This document shows, in pieces, positions 61,009 to 64,000 of a stretch of DNA of 64,000 nt. The first letter of the stretch is position 1, and each line of letters opens with the position of its first letter. Source of the stretch: the human T2T-CHM13v2.0 reference genome, Homo sapiens; NCBI RefSeq assembly GCF_009914755.1, contig NC_060925.1. The stretch is one strand, 5' to 3'. The notes below the pieces were generated by a model that worked only from the letters and a program-made list of their open reading frames with translations, was not told where the DNA came from and did not search any database. Made by a program: the position numbers and the translations under genes.

Positions 61009-61045
61009 GTACATCTATATGTTCTATTGGTTCTGTTTCTGTGTG
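60555..61045 (+). mobile_element. MLT2-type (ERVL) LTR
   Basis: TGGTTAATTTT..TGTGTCAACTTGGCC..CCAGATATTTGGTCAAACA...CTATTGGTTCTGTTTCT. Confidence 0.8.
60966..61008. repeat. (TCTA)~10 tetranucleotide STR
   Basis: Direct reading. Confidence 0.95.
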
Positions 61046-61343
61046 TCCCTGATGCCTAGGACAGAGGGGTGCTCAGCAGAGGGGTGCTCAGCAGGTGTCT
61101 GTTGAATGAATCTAAATCAGAAGATCAGAGGGTCTGGGATCTTTTATCTCCCCCTGTATTTGGCCAGCAAAACCTTGTGGTTAACGCTTTGCAATCAGCT
61201 AAATCTGGGTTCAAGTCCTGATTTATTTTACTAACAGTTGTGTGATCTTGGTTGAGTCATTCCACTTCTCTGAGCCTATTTCCTTGCCTACAAAATGGGG
61301 TCAATAATGCCTTCCTCATGGGGTTGAGATAAGAATTATGTGA

Positions 61344-61640
<297 letters not shown>

Positions 61641-63198
61641 AATTACGTGAGGTGGTACATGTCAGCAGCTCAGCCTGGAGCCTGCAGAGGGCTCAGCACA
61701 CCATAGTCAATGTCACTGGCTGGGAACACGAACATCAGGACCTACCATTCTCTGCACGAAGGTACCTGAGGAAATATTATTTGGGGGCAGCATATTTGAA
61801 ATCAGAACATTCCAGAAAAATTGAGGCCTGAATTTCTTGAGACCTGGAAAGAGGCCCTGACACATGAGCGTTGAAGAAATTGAATGGAGGTGGGGTGCAC
61901 AAATAGTATGTTACAGCCATTTGAGGCCCTGATTAGTGAAAAATAGGATGAGAGCACTGAAGTAAGAGGAGATATAGCATCCCCATGCCTAACTCTTCTC
62001 CATCATGGCTTCTGGGCCCCGGAGTATAGGGCCAAAAGACACGTTCATTCTAAACCCACAGGCAGCTGAAGACGCCTGGGCAACCCTGCTTAGCAAGAAG
62101 GAAAGCTTGGGGAAGTCCAAGGCACCTGGGAAGAGAAGAACCAACCACCAACCGAACAGGCAGCTCTGCCAACACCCTTGGGACAGCATGATCCAGCCCC
62201 GCCTCATGACTTCTGCTGGGTGTGAATCACGGAACAAATAAATTTTGGAAAAGAGAATCACTCAAGCCTGACAGAGGAGAATGTGAGGTGTCAGAGTTAT
62301 TTTAAACCAACCTGAGGTACAAGTTTTATGGCAGTGTTACATGAACATAGCTCCAGGTTCAACCTTCAATTTGCGGTTGGAAGGACGCAATCACAGTCCT
62401 AACCAGAAAAAGTAAAGTGATGAATCTGTGAGGTTGCAAACTGCCTGCAGCGCTCCAGTTTCCTGGCTTTGGCACTAACCGTCTCCCACTTCTAGCCCCT
62501 CACCTCTACCCCAGCCCTGCCAACATCTCTCCTGACCAATATTGCTCTAACATAATAACAAGAACAATTACAACGTCAACAACTTGATGACAAATACCGG
62601 GAACATTTGTTAATCTCATTAGGCACTAAATGAACATAAAATGCCACCATCAAAACAGCAGAAACAGAAACAAAAAAGAAAGTTTCTGGACAGGCCAGGG
62701 TGAAGTGAACAGCCTCGTGTGTTAAATACAGAGGTGGGTTTTGATATCATCCTTTGGAAAACAGTTTCAAATATCAGGAGTTCAATCTCTAGGAAAATAA
62801 ACAAAGAAGTAACTCTAATCAGACACAAATCTTTATTAGGGATTCATAATAGCAAAAAATCAGAATCAAGCTGGTCAAAATGTTAGAAACCTATGGGAAT
62901 GAGTAGGATGCTCATATATTGCTCCATTTGATGCAATATATGAAACCTCTGAGGTCTTTATGGTAATGCGACAGATACCTTTCATGTTAAGTGAAAAAAT
63001 ATGGCTACAGAAGAAAATGATCCATGAAATGACAAAGAGCTAAACAAGAAAGTAGAAGTGGTCTAAGTGACGGTGGTTGTAGTAATCATTACCTATGGAA
63101 CAATTTCCATAGGTAATTAGGAATGATTTGCTTAAATTAGGCATGATTTGCTTTGACTGCATCTTTTAAGTTTTTAAAGTATGGAAAAAGAGGGAAGA

Positions 63199-63460
63199 TC
63201 AGGTGTGGTGGCTCATGCCTGTAATCCCAGCACTTTGGGAGGCCCAAGCAAGCAGATCACTTGAGGTTAGGATTTCGAGACCATCCTGGCCAACATAGTG
63301 AAACCCCATCTCTACTAAAAATACAAAAATTAGACAGGTGTGGAGGTGGAGGTTGCAGTGAGCCGAGATCTCACCATTGCACTCCAGCCAGGGCGACAGT
63401 GTGAGACCCCATCTCAAAAAACAACAACAACAACAAAAACAAACAAACAAACAAAAAACA
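63199..63460 (+). mobile_element. Alu with an internal right-arm deletion and (CAA)n/(AAAC)n tail
   Basis: ...AAATTAGACAGGTGTGG joined directly to AGGTGGAGGTTGCAGTG. Confidence 0.85.
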
Positions 63461-64000
63461 GTAGCCAAGACATGGAAATAACCTAAGTGTCCATCAACAG
63501 ATGATTGGATAAAGAAAATGTGATACACACACACACGACACACACACACACAGAGGAATATTATTCAACCTTTGAAAACAGGAGAAAACCCTGCCATTTG
63601 AGACAACATGGATGAACCTGGAAGGACATTATCCAGGTGAAATAAACTAGGCACATAAAAACAAATGCTGCATATTCTCACTTATAACTGGCATCTTTAA
63701 AAAGTTGAACTCACAGCAACAGAGACAAGAATGGTGGTTACCGGGGATGGGGGTAGGAGAAGATGGGAGATGTTGGTCAAAAGGTAAAACTGTCCATTGC
63801 AAGATGAATAAATTCTGGAAAGCTAATGTACAGCATGGTGACTATGGTTAATAATAATATATCTTATACTTGAAATTTGTTAAGAGATTAGATCTCAGGT
63901 GTTCACATACACACACACTCACACACATAACTGTGTGAGGTGATGGATATGTCAGCTCGATTGTAATAACTGTGTGTGTATAACAAAACATACACTTTTT
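63458..64000 (+). mobile_element. L1MA-type 3' end
   Basis: AGCCAAGACATGGAAATAACCTAAGTGTCCATCAACAGATGA..GGATAAAGAAAATGTG; ACAACATGGATGAACCTGGA. Confidence 0.85.

Overview
Human genomic DNA from the peptidylarginine deiminase (PADI) cluster, which established knowledge places at 1p36.13; all genes are on the + strand. The window holds the last four exons and 3' UTR of PADI1 (1-~7240), a ~3 kb intergenic gap, the complete 16-exon PADI3 gene (ATG 10374, stop 44310, polyA signal 45443), the MIR3972 hairpin in PADI3 intron 13, and ~18.5 kb of repeat-rich sequence downstream (Alu, L1, MIR, L2, MER DNA transposons, several solo LTRs). The PADI3 exons join by GT-AG rules into a 1995-nt, 664-aa ORF with intact catalytic residues D350/H470/D472/C646. 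PADI4 should follow, but none of its exons is in the window. The best new lead is a candidate alternative first exon in PADI3 intron 1 (donor at 20230/20231), whose ATG is in frame with exon 2 but blocked by a TGA. Other leads are a 36-bp VNTR in PADI1 intron 15 made of ETS/IRF-like motifs, a miR-1302-like MER53 hairpin, a strong CTCF motif, AP-1/MARE clusters, and a V52+M171 PADI3 haplotype. Repeat boundaries and subfamily names were assigned by eye and are approximate.
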